From contig OY253671.1 in assembly GCA_958009085.1 (NCBI GenBank), positions 868,001 through 932,000 on the forward strand: DNA of 64,000 nucleotides, read 5' to 3'. Positions 13,808 through 27,133 of the stretch are shown piece by piece. How positions within the stretch are numbered: position 1 is the first letter of the stretch; each line of letters opens with the position of its first letter. Made by a program: the position numbers and the translations under genes. Source of the stretch: Protoeuglena noctilucae. Taxonomy: Eukaryota. The notes beneath the pieces were generated by a model. The model was not told the origin of the DNA. It saw only the letters and a list, made by a program, of their open reading frames with translations, and did no database searches.

Positions 13808-14243
13808 CACCGTTGGGAAGGCGCGAAGCTGTTCATTGCAGCTCGCGAGCATCGGAAGCGAGTCGCTCACGGGGTTTTGAACATGTCGCTTTCGCATCGC
13901 TTTCCTTGGATAGTGCTGATGTTGAAACGCGAGGGTACCACCCGTGGGTGCAGGCTACCTCATCCTATGGCACCGTCTGCTAGGTGCAATGTCATTAGCT
14001 GGAAGGTGCCAACACGCATCAAGAGCGTGGTTGGCTCAAAGTGGGCCCTAGGGAAAGAGAGCAAGGCAGGACAGCAAGCGTGCGTACGGCCGAATCACGT
14101 TCGTGTGTCGCGGCAGGAATGAAGATGCACGGAGGATGGCTGGACAGGTCAAAGCGTGCCAGGTGCTGTGGGTACAGTCGAGGGGACATGATGCGATCGA
14201 TGAAACAGACAGGCCCTGTGGGCGTAGCGGAACCGAGCGCGTG

Positions 14244-17200
14244 TCACCCCACCCCGCCGTCCACCCGCGCGGGGACGCTCTGGACCTGCCCCACGGCCCG
14301 CACGCCCCCCAGCTTGGCCGCGGCCAGGGTGCGGTCGTCGACGGCGCGGCTGGTCACGGTCTCCCCGGAGTCGGCACCCAGGCCCGACATGGTGAGGAGC
14401 GAGTCGGGGTCCGGCGCTGACACAGGGTCGGCGGCCTCGGCACCCGACACGCTCGCGGGGCGCGAGTGAGGCTCCGCGTCGTCGTCCAGCACCCGCAGCC
14501 TCGCCCGCTGCGCCGAGGCCGACTCCTGCCCCGCCGACCGCGACCGCCCCGACAGCTGCGCGAGGAGCCGCGCCGAGGGGACCTTGTCCACGGTCGTCAC
14601 CGCCGCCCCGCGTGCGGTGGGCGCAGTGACTGCCGGCACTGGCAGAGGTGCTTCCGCCGCGACCCTGCGAGCGAGACGTGGCCCGGGCGGTGAGAGGGCG
14701 GCGCAGTTAACCCCGACAGGGGTCCACATTCCTGCAAGGAGATGCTTTGCAGTATCGATTGCTTGCTCACATGCCGGGGAGCTGAGCGGCCGAGGAGCCC
14801 TGGAGAGGAAAGAGAGTGCTGGGCAGTGCCTGAGGGGGCTGGCTGACGAGGCGCGGTGCGTATAGAACCACGTCTTCGGCAGGGGGCATGGCGTTCACGC
14901 GCGCGACGTCCGGTTCTGGCTCGGACTCGTGGGGCCCGCTCATGGCCCCTTCTGGCGAGGGCCCCTGGGGCAGCGGGGCAGCCTGCGGGAAGGCGGTGTG
15001 CAGAGGCTGCGGCAGTTGCCGGGAACCGCGAGGCATGAAACGCCGGCAGCCGTCGCGGAGCCCAACAGGCCGCGCGGCTCACCATGCGGGTCACCCACGC
15101 CCCTCCCTCGCTGTTCCCGCGGCCCGGCTTGGACGCGCCGCCCTCCAGAGACGCCCTCCCTGGTCGCCCCGCCAAGCTCTCCGGGTTGCCCGCCCCACTC
15201 TCCGCTGTGCCTTCCATCCCGCCGCGCTTGCTGGTGCGGTGATGCCCCACGCCGGTCGGGGTCAGAGCCTCTCTCCCATACCACATCACACGCGCTGCAG
15301 GGGACCAGGGCAATGGGACGCTGTGAGGTTGTGCGGCGCCTGCTGTGCACAGATGCAAACGAATGGACCTGGTGAGGCGCACGCACCAAAGTCTGGCCGC
15401 TGCTGAGGCGTCGCCTCCTCTCCCGTCGCCCTCTGTCGGCTGAAGCGTGACTTGGTCCGCAACTGCAGGCGACGCACACTCTGACGAGTCACGCACAGCA
15501 CAAAAACTCACAACTGACCACGTCAGGGACAGCTGTAGATGCCACCGCAGAATGCGCGCCTCATGTACTCACCATGGGCACCGTGCTGACGTTCTCCCCA
15601 TCCTCCCCCGGGTTCTCCCCCGCCGGCGCCTCCCCGCCCGTGTCGCTGAAGAACCGCACCCCTCCCGCGCCCTCGCCCCTGTCGCCGTTCCCGTTGCTGG
15701 CGACCTTGCCCGTCTCCGCGAACCGAATACCCTTCCGTGCCTCGTCTCTCGCCCCATGTGCGCTCTGCGACGTGGGGCCCCCGGACCCCGCCACCCCGCT
15801 CTGCTCGGCGTCGGCCGCCACCGCCGCGCCCACGGCGCCCTGCAGCTTCATCCACATGAGCTTCCCGCCCATCGCGTCGAGCCCAGCCGGCTCCGGGGCA
15901 ACGCGGACGCGACTCTTGCGACGCTCCCTGCCCGGAGCTGCGGGGTCGCCTGTTGTGCTAGCAGCACCGTCCCCGCGCAGCTCGGGTGTCGAGAGAGGGG
16001 GTTCTGCGGGCGGAGCGTCGGCGCGGCAGGGCATTGCCACCACTCGACACCAAGCGGACGCCCCACTCCTCTCCCAGCCCACCGCCGCAGCAGCTCACCC
16101 TCCGCCCTGCCCGCCATGGCCCTGCTGCGCCGCCTCCGCATCTTCTCCCCGTCGCCCGCCTCGTCCTTGGCCCCCGCCCCCTCCACGCGCGACTTGCGCC
16201 CGAAGATACCCCGGCTCTCACCCTCCCCCAGCCCCTCGCCGCGGCTCTTGCGCTGCCCGCCCTCGGCGCGCGACTTGCGCCCGAAGAAGCTCTTCCGGCT
16301 CGCCTCGACCTGCTCCTCCTTCGCCGGGGCCCGCTGGGACTGGATCGTCTTGACGCGTCGCGCCATGTCCATCAGCCCCGCCGCCACCTGTGAAGTCGAG
16401 GTCCCACGGCGCGCCACCGAGCTCGTCACCGCGCCCAGGCCCCTCCCGAAGTTCTGCGGGCACCGCAGCGCCGACCCACGGCTGTGCAGGGCCACACGCA
16501 CGCGCACGGGGGCGCACCCTGGCCAGCCCCACGACCCTCACGCTCACCAGCTCAATCTCCTGGCTGAACTTGACGCGCATGTCCTCGGTAGCAATGAGCT
16601 CCTTGACGAGGAACTGCACGAACTCCTCGATGTCGATCGCCCCCGACCGATTCTCGTCGATGTGGCCGAAAAAGGCCTCGACTTCGGCGCGCGTCAGGGG
16701 CTGGCCCCCGATGTTGGTGAGCACGGTGATCATCTCCTCCATGTCCACCTCCCCACGGCCGTCCAGGTCCAGCGCCTCGAACGCCAGCCGGACCAGCTCG
16801 TCGTCCAAGTCGACCATGTCGTTGCGGACTGCGGGAGGTCAGCGCTCGGATGTCGGCGCCGGGAGGTCCCCGCGCGCGGGTCCGCGGGCCGCGCATGGAG
16901 CGCTCGCGACTCACCGTACGTGTCCCACACAATGACGAACTCCTCGTACGTCATGCGGAGCCCCGCGTGCTTGATGGAGAGGTCGGCGCGACGCACACAC
17001 TCCTTGACCTGGCTCTCGGTGGGGTTGAAGCCGAGCGAGCGCAGGAGGAAAATGCATTGATCAAAGTCCAGGAACCCGGTGCCCTTCTGTGGGGGCGACC
17101 ACGAGAGAGCTCGTCAAACATCCGCTAGGGCGTCCAGCATCAGCAGGGAGCGGCGGGCTGCCCCGGAACCGCACCTCATCGAGCTTCACAAAGTGCTCCT

Positions 17201-17330
17201 TGAGCTCACGAAGGACCTGGCGTGGCCGACGGAGGAAAATGGCGTCCGGGATCTGCGCGCTCGCGGGAGAGGGCACACGACCTCGGAGGGAGACGGCCTC
17301 GCACGGAGCGGGGCTGACGCGACGTCAGCG
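14244..17330 (-). CDS. Calmodulin/centrin-like EF-hand protein with long disordered C-terminal extension (5' end approximate)
   Basis: ELKEHFVKLDE|KGTGFLDF..LLRSLGFNPTESQVKEC; AFEALDLDGRGEVDMEE; FGHIDENRSGAIDIEEF; downstream low-complexity exons to 14244. Confidence 0.75.
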
Positions 17331-17884
17331 CAGTGCAGCGACCGAAGAATCATCGAATAAATGCTTAGACACGTCGTGGCCGCAGTGCGGCGCTCGTCCA
17401 GGGCGATATGTGCGGCCCAATGCGCGCACATGGCAAGCGACGACTCGGCGGCAGGGCGCCCGGACAGCGTCCCCGGCTCCACAAGATGAGAGGTCGGAGA
17501 AGGAAGGGAATGATATCCCGGGGGTGACAAAGGAGGCTGCCGCACAGTCACCGGTGCCTTGCCAAACCAGGTTTGAAGGCGAGCGCCCACCTGATGGACA
17601 TGGTTGCTGTAGTGATCGTTTCTACGCATGAAGCATCCGCTCTTGACGCAAGACGTGTCCCCGCCGAATGGGAGAGACATCGCCCGCCGCTTCTGCGCGT
17701 CCCCCTTGCCCGCCGGCTCGGGCTGCAGGGTCAAAGGCATGATAATGCAGCGGTGTTCATATCGCGTCCGGCGCCACGGCCACGGTCAAGCTGTTGGGAG
17801 GCCCCAGTCGTGCTCATGACAAAAATATCTCAACGGCACGTCTACTGCAGCAGTCTTTATGCACTGGATCGAAGTGTGCAGGCA

Positions 17885-20800
17885 ATGGCAGGCTGCGGGC
17901 CGCTGGAGGGGCGGGGCACGGGACGTTCCAAAACCCCGCCAGCGCCAGGATCAGTCAGCAGCAGTACTCCTCCCCTCCCCACTCCTCCGCCAGTCAAACT
18001 ATTGGCCTGCGATTCGATCTTGAACACTTGCACTTGCGCCCCGCCGTCTCGGTCCGCTTGGGGCATCCCAGGCATCCGTTGCCCTCCATCCGCACAGCGT
18101 GACAAGCGCATGCCTGCCGGCCGGTATGCTGGGTAACGGCAGGCCAGATGAAGCGCAAGGAGGCATCGGGGAGGCCTCCCCGGTCCCCGCGGCTGCGAAC
18201 GCCCGCCCTTTTGGGGCCGCCCCGACAGTCGCGGGCTTAGTGGGGCGCGTCGCGACGTTTTGGCGCCGCGCCGCTGGCATCTACGCCTCGTACAAAGCTC
18301 GTCAGATCCAGCACCAGGCATTGAGGTTGATGGGCCACCAGCAGGAGGAATTGGAGACGACATTGTGGGATCCCCACCATAAGGTCAGTCCGCGGCCCGC
18401 GGCCCTGAGCTCGACCGGAACGCAGCCGCGCGACGTCATGTCCGCTCACGACGGATCGAGCCCCGCTTCCCGACCTGATCACGCCCACTCTACCCCTGCA
18501 GTGGGCGGGCGAGGAGATGTACAAGCTGTGCGTCGATTTGAGGGGCTTTTACTTGAAGACGGGCCAGTTCCTGGGGGCGAGGCCGGACTTTTTGCCCCGT
18601 CCGATGTGCGAGGCACTCAGGCAAGCCCCGCTCTTAGCTGCCCCGCTCGGCGTGCCCGCCCAGCATCTCCATAGGTCGGGCTCACCGTAATCTCCCACCT
18701 GCCTTGCACTTGCAGCAAGCTTCACGATGAGGTGCCGCCGATGGGACCACAGCAGACCCGGGCAGTGATCGAGGAGGAGCTCGGGGGCACCAAGCTGGAG
18801 GAGGTCTTTGACTGGATCGACTTGGAACGACCGTTGGGCAGCGCGTCCATCGCACAGGTCCACAAGGCCCAGCTGCGGTGAGGCGCGGCTGTGTGGCACG
18901 CTCAGACGTTTCACAGTGGATGGGCCCCTTGCTCGGTGCCATGTCATGCCATGACATGACATGGACCTGAAGCCGCTGGCTTGCTTGCCACAGGGCGGAC
19001 TATGACCCAGACACGGTGCTGCACCGCCGCCACCAGCGCCAGGCGGCGAGCAGCCGAGGCCAGGGGCGGCGGAGGGGGGGGGGCGTCGTGTCGGTTAGGG
19101 AGCAGGAGCACGCAGGGACTGACGGGGAGGCGGACCAGCCCCCGTGGGGCCTCGCGGGGTCCCTGCTGCAGGCGGCGTCGCGAGCGGTCGAGGACGGGTC
19201 GCGGGCGCTGATGGGGGCGTGGCCAGGCGCGGCGCACCATGCCGTCGAGAGGGGCGCGGCGGGAGCGGCGGTGATGGGGATCAAAGTTCAGGTGAGCCGC
19301 GTCGCATAGCCGACCATCCCGCCAGCCACGCCACCTGCACCTCCACCTGGCACTTCGGCCACTTCGTGCCCATCTGAGCCTGCGGTTTATGACGCAGGCG
19401 GAGGAGGTCTTCCAGGAGGCCAGCGAGCTCGGGGTGCCCCCGGAGGACCCCACGTCCATCCAGACGCTGCCGTGGACGGCGCCGTGGCGGTCCTGGGCCC
19501 CTCAAACGGCCGATGAGGGTCCCGGGCCCGCGGCGTCCGCGAGGCGGGGCGGGGGCCAGGGCGCAGGGCCGGCCGCGGACGGGCGCCCGGGCAACGGCAG
19601 TGCCGGGGGCGGCAAGGGCTCCTCGGGATCTCGCAAGAAGTCGTCCCATGCGGGGCACGTGGTGGCCGTGAAGGTCCAGTACCCGAACGCCCTGCAGCTG
19701 ATGCAGATCGATTTAAAGCAGATCCGGCGGATGGCGTCCTTCCTCACCCAGGTGCGTGCCGCCCTTGGCCGGGGCCCTGTCTGGCGCATGCTTCGGGTCG
19801 CCCCACCGTCCCGCTCTCTGCGTCCCCTTGCAGTTTGAGCTGTCCTTCGACCTGCCGAGCGCCGTCGACGAGCTGGCCAAGCAGATTGACGGGGAGTTCG
19901 ATTTCGACAGGGAGGCCACGACGATGGGCATCATCGCCGACCGCCTGCAGCCTCTGCGTAGCCGCGTCGTGGTGCCTCGACCCGTCCCGGGGCTCGTCAC
20001 GCGCCGCCTCCTGGCCATGGATTTCCTGGACGGCGTTCCGGTGAGGCGCAAAGGGCACGCTGGGACGGGTGGGCTTCCTGAGCCTCTCTGAGGCGGCTGT
20101 AGCTTCTTGTCCTGGCTCACCATTTTGCAAAGTGTCGAGCATGGTTCCATAACCGCGCCTCGCAGATCACCAAGCTCGCGGGGAAGATGGAGGGCCTGTC
20201 CCCTGCCAAGCGCAAGATGGGCGCGCACCTGATCCTGAGCCGCGTGGCGGAGGCTTACGGCCACATGATCCTCCACGGCGGCCTCTTCCAGGCCGACTGC
20301 CACCCGGGCAACATCCTGGTCATGCCGGTGCGTCCGCGTCTGCGTCTCGCCAGCCCGCAGCAACCCAGACCCGGCCCAGACGCACAGCACTCAGCGGCAG
20401 TGTTAGAGACCCCCGCCGTGTCCGTGGTTGCAGGGCGGCAAGGTGGGCCTGCTGGATTTTGGTCAGTCGAAGCAGCTTACGCGGGAGGAGATCGACGGCC
20501 TCGCGCGGCTGGTCAAGGTGGTGACGACCAAGGGCAGGAGCGACCGGGAGGTCAGCGAGGCGGTCTGGGACCTGGGGATCGTGACGGGGCGCACCGACCC
20601 GGGCATCTACCCGGTCGTGGCGCAGATGGCCGTGGACATGTTTGACACGGCCGGGACGCTCGCGCCCTTCAACCCCAACAGGCGAGCAGCCAAGGGGCAT
20701 GTCGGGAGAGCGGGTACAAAACGACAGCGGCACAGACGCACGAACGCAACGGCAACTGCCAAGTGTCTCTGCGCCGTCCCTTGCCTGCAGCCCCATTCGC

Positions 20801-21091
20801 ATCACCTCCATCGACTCCTTCCCCAAGGATCTCTTCTTCGTTCTCCGGACGTGCCAGGTGCCGCCCGCGTAGCGATGCCACCTGCACCCGCGGCCCTGTG
20901 CCACCCTGCCCGGCCACATCCACCACGCACCGTCGCCCCCGCAGCTGCTGCGCGGACTGAAGCAGAACATGGGGTTGGACGAGGGGTGGAGCTCTCTGGC
21001 CATTTGGCGGCCGCTTGCGGAGAAAGCCCTTTTGCTACCCTCGGAAGAAAACCCCGACGTCCGGCCCACGTTACAGTCGGGCTTATTCTGA
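17885..21091 (+). CDS. ABC1/UbiB atypical kinase (start uncertain; alternative ATG at 18126)
   Basis: LRGFYLKTGQ, LSKLHDEVPP, PLGSASIAQVHKA, VAVKVQYP, EFDFDREA, ADCHPGNIL, LLDFGQ; stop TGA at 21089-21091. Confidence 0.93.
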
Positions 21092-21372
21092 CGGCATGCG
21101 CCTGGGACGAGTTGGCAGGCGCATCCAGTCAGTCTCGTTCGGGTTCGCGTTCTACGGCGGTGCTGGCGGCGCCTGCTGCACCTCCACAAGCCCCAGGCTG
21201 CGAGCTCGCGGTTCCGAGCCCTGCGGGACCTTTAGCCTCATTAGCGCCACAGCTTGTTTCGATAGCAGCCTGTGGCCATCATACTATCACTGCGACTCTC
21301 GCTCTTTGCTCTACCCTTATTGCCCGGCAGTACGCGAGCCTGCGCGTGCCCGCCGCGCCATGAGCTGCTTCC

Positions 21373-22932
21373 TCACGTTGCCTTGGTTGGTTCGCTGAGA
21401 GCCGCCTTGAGTCGCTCTCGCAGCGTGCTCAGCCTGCCGGAAGTGGGCAGGCCCCTCGCCAAGAGCATTCGGTGAATCGTGCTCTTGTCCAGCAAGTCGA
21501 CGTCCTCCGCCGTGGCGCCGCGAGAGGGAGACGACCCGGCCGTCACGGCGACCCCCGCCGTGCTGCCGCGCCAGATCTCCCGGCCCCTGTGCCCAGGCAG
21601 GGGTCGCGACCACGTCGATGCCCCGACACAGGCCGACGTCGATGCCTCACCGCTGTCGAAATGCTCCTAGCACGGCGAGTGTATGCCAGCGCCCAGCAGC
21701 ACCAACACCAACAACGCACCTCGTGAAGATCTCCATACCCTGCGCCCGCCCCGCCGTAATGGCCGCCTCCAGCTCCTTGTACCCCGGGCGGGCATCTGCC
21801 GTGGTCAGGAACGCCGACGTGCCATCGGCAATGACGCAGTGCACGTCGTACGCGCCCGGGTAGGCACGCAGCACGCGCACGACCCCTCCGTTGACGAACC
21901 GCTCTCCCGTGGCCGTGTCGATGGAGCCGGGGTTGCCGATGCGCGTCTCGACCAGCGAGTCGCTACGTTCGAAGGTGGCGAGGAAGTCCTCCGCCCGCTT
22001 GCGCCACGGACCGAACCCGAAGTCGCTGATCACCTGCCCTCGGCCGTCGGACCACTGGGGGTTGACAATCACCAGCGACTCCAGCATTGCCACCGCGCCC
22101 TGCGCTCGGAGGGCACGCAGCTGGAAATGGATGACACCACCCACAACAGCAGGCCTAGGGCGTGTCTGGCACTGGAGAAGCTGCCCTGGCAAAGGCCCTG
22201 CGCCTCACCTCGATGTCCTTCAGCCTCTCCGCTGTCGGGTAGATGATTGCGCCGACGGACTTGTCACGGGTGTACAGCAGTCGGCACGGCTCGCCCTCGG
22301 TCCCCGCCTCGCCCACGTCCTTCCCCACGGCCTCTGCGCCAGGAGCCAGCTTGGCAAGCAACGCCTCCGCCAGCGCACTGCGGTCGCAGGCGGCCGAAGT
22401 AGTGCGATGGCACAGCGAGAGGAAGGTCGCCAGGACTGAGACCTCTGCCTGCTCTCACCAGGCCGTGTCGAACTCCTTTTGGAGCGAGCAGGGGTAGTCG
22501 ACGGGCTCCGTCGCCATGAATGAGATCTCCTTCTCGTTCACGGGCAAGAGGAAGGTCACCTGCGGGCATGCTGGCGGGGAATGCGCCAGCGTTCGAGCCA
22601 CCAGCGCACGCACCAGCGCACGCACCATTGCTCGCATGGTCACCGACCTGGTGGCGCCGTTTCCCATCGCCGATGGCCGCCTTGACGGCATCTGCCGCCT
22701 GATCGACCATCTCCGCCGCGCTCTGGGGCAGGGGACGGGCATCCGGCGACGCGGCGCGGGCAACCACCGACTGCACGCATCCTGCCCCTGCTCGACGCCC
22801 TGTCCGCAGCGGAGGGGCTGTCTTGGCTGCCGGAGCTCCTAACCGAAGCTTCAGAACGGAGTGCCGCGGGCACACCGTCGGCCCGAGGGCGACGCGGGCG
22901 CCCGCGCAGGGCGTCGCGTGAAGCGCTCGCAT
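21373..22932 (-). CDS. Plastid-targeted DUF1995-like protein with C-terminal SAP domain
   Basis: Transit peptide; LPQSAAEMVDQAADAVKAAIGDG; LVIVNPQW; VVRVLRAYPGAY..RPGYKELE; last exon LDKSTIHRMLLARGLPTSGRLSTLRERLKAAL. Confidence 0.75.
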
Positions 22933-23124
22933 CGGACCCGCGCTTCGTCGATGCGCTCCCGATATGCACGATGCAGGAGCGCCAGCGCGTTGAGATGCGT
23001 TTCCGCCGCTTTCCGTCACAGCAACGCCTGGAGAGCAACGCATGTCGCCAGATTCGCCCGTGCAGCACGTGGGGGTACCTCCCTAACTCTCCATTCAGTC
23101 TCCCGTGGCAAAACTACCGAATAG

Positions 23125-25014
23125 TTAGCCCTCAAAGAGCCCCTCGGCAAACATCTCCCGCGTGAGCTCGAACTGCCCGTACTGTTCGAGCCCTGCCTCC
23201 GAGAAGCGGAAGCGCCCGTCGTACAGCGCTTGCAGGGGCGTCATGTGGATGCTCTTGAGCTGCAGGCACCGGTGGACAGTCAAGCGCTTACGGTGCTCAT
23301 CCATGGACAGCACCGCAGCCCAAGAGTCCTCAGTGCCGCTCAGTTGCCACGCCTGGGCCCCGCAGCACTGGGTGGCACTCGCCTGGAAGAGGATGAAGCT
23401 TTCAAGCCACGGGGCCTTCTTCCCGTCCGTATCTTCGAGGAAGACGTGGTACCAGAGAGCCATGGGAAGATCGAACCTGCGCCTGTCCGAGAGCGCCTCG
23501 TCGTAGTGCAGCGACGCGGCGAAGAACTGCGACTCGAGAATCTTCATCCATTTCTTGAACCGCCACTTGGCCCCGGTGTCCTGGAGCCGATACTCGACGT
23601 CGCTGCGAGCGGGAGCAGGTGGCGGCGGCATGCTCGCATGGCGGACGGCCGCCTAGCGTGGGTGGGCGCACGGCCTGAGCCAGCACGCGACTGCACCTGA
23701 GCCAGAGGTTGTAGACGTTTTGGACGAACTCCTTCGCCTGCTGCCCCTCGCCCATGAAGCGCCGGACGATGAACCACATGTGCAGGCACAGCAGCGGGTG
23801 ATGGTACCGCATCTTGTAGGGCAGGTCGAGGGCGTCGTAAAGCCGGCGGTCCAGCGCCTGGTATACGACCGCCTGCGATAGGTACGAACGCATGCCGATC
23901 GCAGTGCGCATCAAGTACTCGCAGATATCGATCGCAGCGCATGCCGCTCAAGTCGCCATACGGCAAGCCGCACGCGGCAGCAGGCGCCTCGCCTTGTGGA
24001 CCGACACTGCGCCGCGGTGCAGGAGTTCCTTCTCGCGCGTGCCGGGCAGCCACCCAAAGTTGAACGCCCTCCGCACCTTCGCTGCCCAATGCTGGTCAGA
24101 CAGGTCAGCCCGGGGGCGGTAGAAGTACTGCTCCAGCTCCAGAGAATGGGGCTGCAGGCACGACGCCACGCCATCTTCGCGAGACCGGCGTCGGAAGGCG
24201 TCGCAGCGCCGGACCCGCCACCGCGCACCTTCTTCTTGTGCCAAGGCCCCGGGTTGGACGGGTCGAGCTTGAGGTTGCGCATGAGCTCCTGCTCCGTGAT
24301 TTCGTAGCGGGGCGGCTGCGTGCGTGGAGTAAGACAGCGCGATGCGCACAGCAGGACTGCAGGAGCGAGGGGTGTCGTCGAACAGCGCGGCCCCGCCGTC
24401 GCACCTCTGTCTGGGGATCCCGATAAGCCCGAGTGAAGGAGTGCGGGGACCACGAGTAGGGAGCGGGGACGCGATCGATGACATCGGTGATGAAGGAGAA
24501 ATCCTGGCCGCCCGCCTTGACCCCGGGGGACTGGACGCTGTGAGGGTCGCGGATGCGCTCGGCTGGCTTGTGCTGCAGAGGTGAGGGAGGGGGGTTCTAG
24601 GTACTAGTACGCATGGATACAGGGGCAAGCGCGCGACAAGGCCGTTGCGACGGATGAGATCGCGCAGCTCCGCCTTGCCTTCGAGCTGCCGAACAGTGTG
24701 CGTCCCTGAACGCCTGCCGGAGACGCTTCGAGAGGGCGGCATCCGGACGCCGCACTCATTCGCAGAGTCGAAGCATGTTGGGGTGGCGCGGAAGATCCGG
24801 GAAGGCTCGAGCCCTGCCCGGGCGAGGATGGGCGACGGTGAGTGGCCACCGAGTACGTGGCCGGAAGGGCCCAGGCCGAAGGGACGGACGGAGCGCTCGT
24901 GGATGCAACGAGAGCAGAGTTCGCGCGTTCGATGTCCCGAAACGCCCGAAACGCGGGCCCCGAGCCGCTGGCCGCTTTGGCCGCGGCTGCGACTGCGCGA
25001 CGCAGGGACGACAT
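23125..25014 (-). CDS. UQCC1: Ubiquinol-cytochrome c reductase chaperone (CBP3/UQCC1 family)
   Basis: Mitochondrial-like presequence MSSLRRAVAAAAK; LLCLHMWFIVRR; WL|SDVEYRL..KKWMKILESQFFAASLHYDEAL; ALWYHVF. Confidence 0.85.
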
Positions 25015-25374
25015 GGCGCGGGGACGGTTGGAACAATGGCCCGCTCTACTGCAACATCCCTTCGCTAAAGAATGGATCGCGAAGGACGTCTAGCGTCGCC
25101 GTCGCCCCAGGGATTGGCAGGAAAGAGTCGACTGTGGCGCGTCGAGCCAGCAGGTGGGAGGGGCGGTAGGACAGCTCGGGATGACGAACAGAGCGTTGGG
25201 GTAGGCGTGCACGCCCCAGTTACTTCCAGTGCAAAGTTCGTGCTGGTTTGCCCTGCCAGTGCAAATCGCCGATCCCTCTAGACCGTTTATGCGCCCTAAT
25301 CTCTGCAGGATATGTGACCCACAACGCACAACGCTGTCTCTACGTACATCTGCGGCTTGGTGTGCGTCTGATCG

Positions 25375-27133
25375 ATGCGCGTCGGCACTACCACGCTCAT
25401 CGCGCCCTCAACACGCCTCGATCGGTGCAGCGAGGGCCGATGGGCGTGTTGTCACACCAGGAGCGCCGATGCATGTCGGATCAGAAGGCTGACTGGCTCT
25501 CCGGGACCAGGAGTGGCCCCCCTCGCCAGCGCTCCTCCACGATGTCGGTCCGTGTGTGACGCAACCCGCCCTGGGCCCTCGTCGGGCTCTTCGGGCAGCG
25601 ATCCCCAACCCTCTGCGCTGCGAGTCGTGTCATCTCGCTTGGGCGCCTTCTTCGCTGCCCAATTCGTGCCGCTGAGCTTGTCTTTGGCCATGCTCCTGGG
25701 GTGGTTCTTCCCGGGCCCAGGCGTCGCAGCTGCCAGGGCAGGCATGCAGAAGGCAGCCACCATTGGCATCTTTCTCATCTCCGGGTGAGGTCTAATCATG
25801 ATAGGGCGTGCGTGTCTGGGGCGGTGAGGTCCACTGGCCGAGACGCGGCACGATTTCGAACTGCGCTTGCAGGCTCATGCTGAAGGCGGCGGAGGCCCGG
25901 CAGGCGCTGAGCGACTGGCGAGCGGTGCTGTTCGGCACAGCCATGGTGCTTCTCGTGACCCCTCTCGCCGGGATACCCGCCATGGCCCTCCCTCTGCGAC
26001 CCCGGGAGCTGGCGGTCGGCCTGGCTGTCTTTTCTGCCATGCCAACGTCCCTGTCCAGCTGCGTCACTCTCACGCAGGTGACGCTCGCTCATCTCGGGCC
26101 CTCATGTCAGCCCACCACCGGCGCCATCGGACGTTGCCATCGCACACCGCTTGCTGTTCCGCAGATGGTGAATGGGAACGCCGCCTTGGCGCTCCTGCTC
26201 GTGGCCATCACCAACACGGCCGGCATCTTCACGGCGCCCTTCGTGCTTCAGAACGTGCTCTGCACCACCATGGGCGTCAACATCGAGCCCAGGCCCCTCC
26301 TTCTGGCCCTAGTCCAGGTGTGCGATGAGTCGACTGTGCAGCTTGGGCTTGTGCCATGGCTCCGTGCTGCTACCTGCGTCAAGTGAGTGATAGAGTTGCT
26401 GTCATCTTGTGTGGATTCCAACCACGCCCACGACCGCAGGGCATCCTGGTGCCTTTGGCAGTGGGGTCGCTCCTCCGCGCCTCGTCGCAGCCCATGGCCG
26501 CATGGGTGGACGCCAACCGCAAGGGGTTCTCGTACCTGTCCACTGCCATCCTCTGCCTCGTGCCGTGGATGCAAGTGGCCAACACGGCGGCCGCTAAGGT
26601 GAGTTGCCTGCCTGTTGAGGGTCCCGCATGAGTGTCACTGTGCCCTTCGTTCCTTCCTGAACACAGCACCATGCACCTGTTTGTAACAGAAGTATGGCGT
26701 TTTGTGTTGATAACACACCACCTCGTCTGTTGCTCCTCACGCAGCCGAGCATATCATTCGAGGCCGTACTGGCCACCGTCGTGGGCGGCTGCGTCCTGCA
26801 CCTGCTCTTCCTCGCCGCCAGCATGGCGGGCGTGCGTGCGCTCGGCATCGGAGGGACCGGGCCGAACGCCAAGGACATCCAGGCACGCTTGGGCCGGGCG
26901 AGGGACGCTGCTATTTGCGCCATGCGCCGGCTACACCTGACCTGTGCACCTGCCCGCCCCCGCAGCGCCCTGTGATTCTGTGTGGGAGCCAGAAGACCCT
27001 CCCCGTGTCCATCACCACCGTCAATTCCCTGTCAGAACAGATGGGCCTCATGGCGGGCGTGGCCGTCCTGCCCTGCGTCTTCACCCACTTCGCGCAAATT
27101 ATCATCGACTCCCTGCTCGTCTCCCACTGGTGA
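25375..27133 (+). CDS. Bile acid:sodium symporter family transporter (BASS4/SLC10A7-like), probably plastidial; start uncertain
   Basis: QFVPLSLSLAMLLG, GIFLISGLML, MPTSLSSCVTLTQ, GNAALALLL, LCLVPWMQV, ILCGSQKTLPV, PCVFTHFAQIIIDSLLVSHW. Confidence 0.9.
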
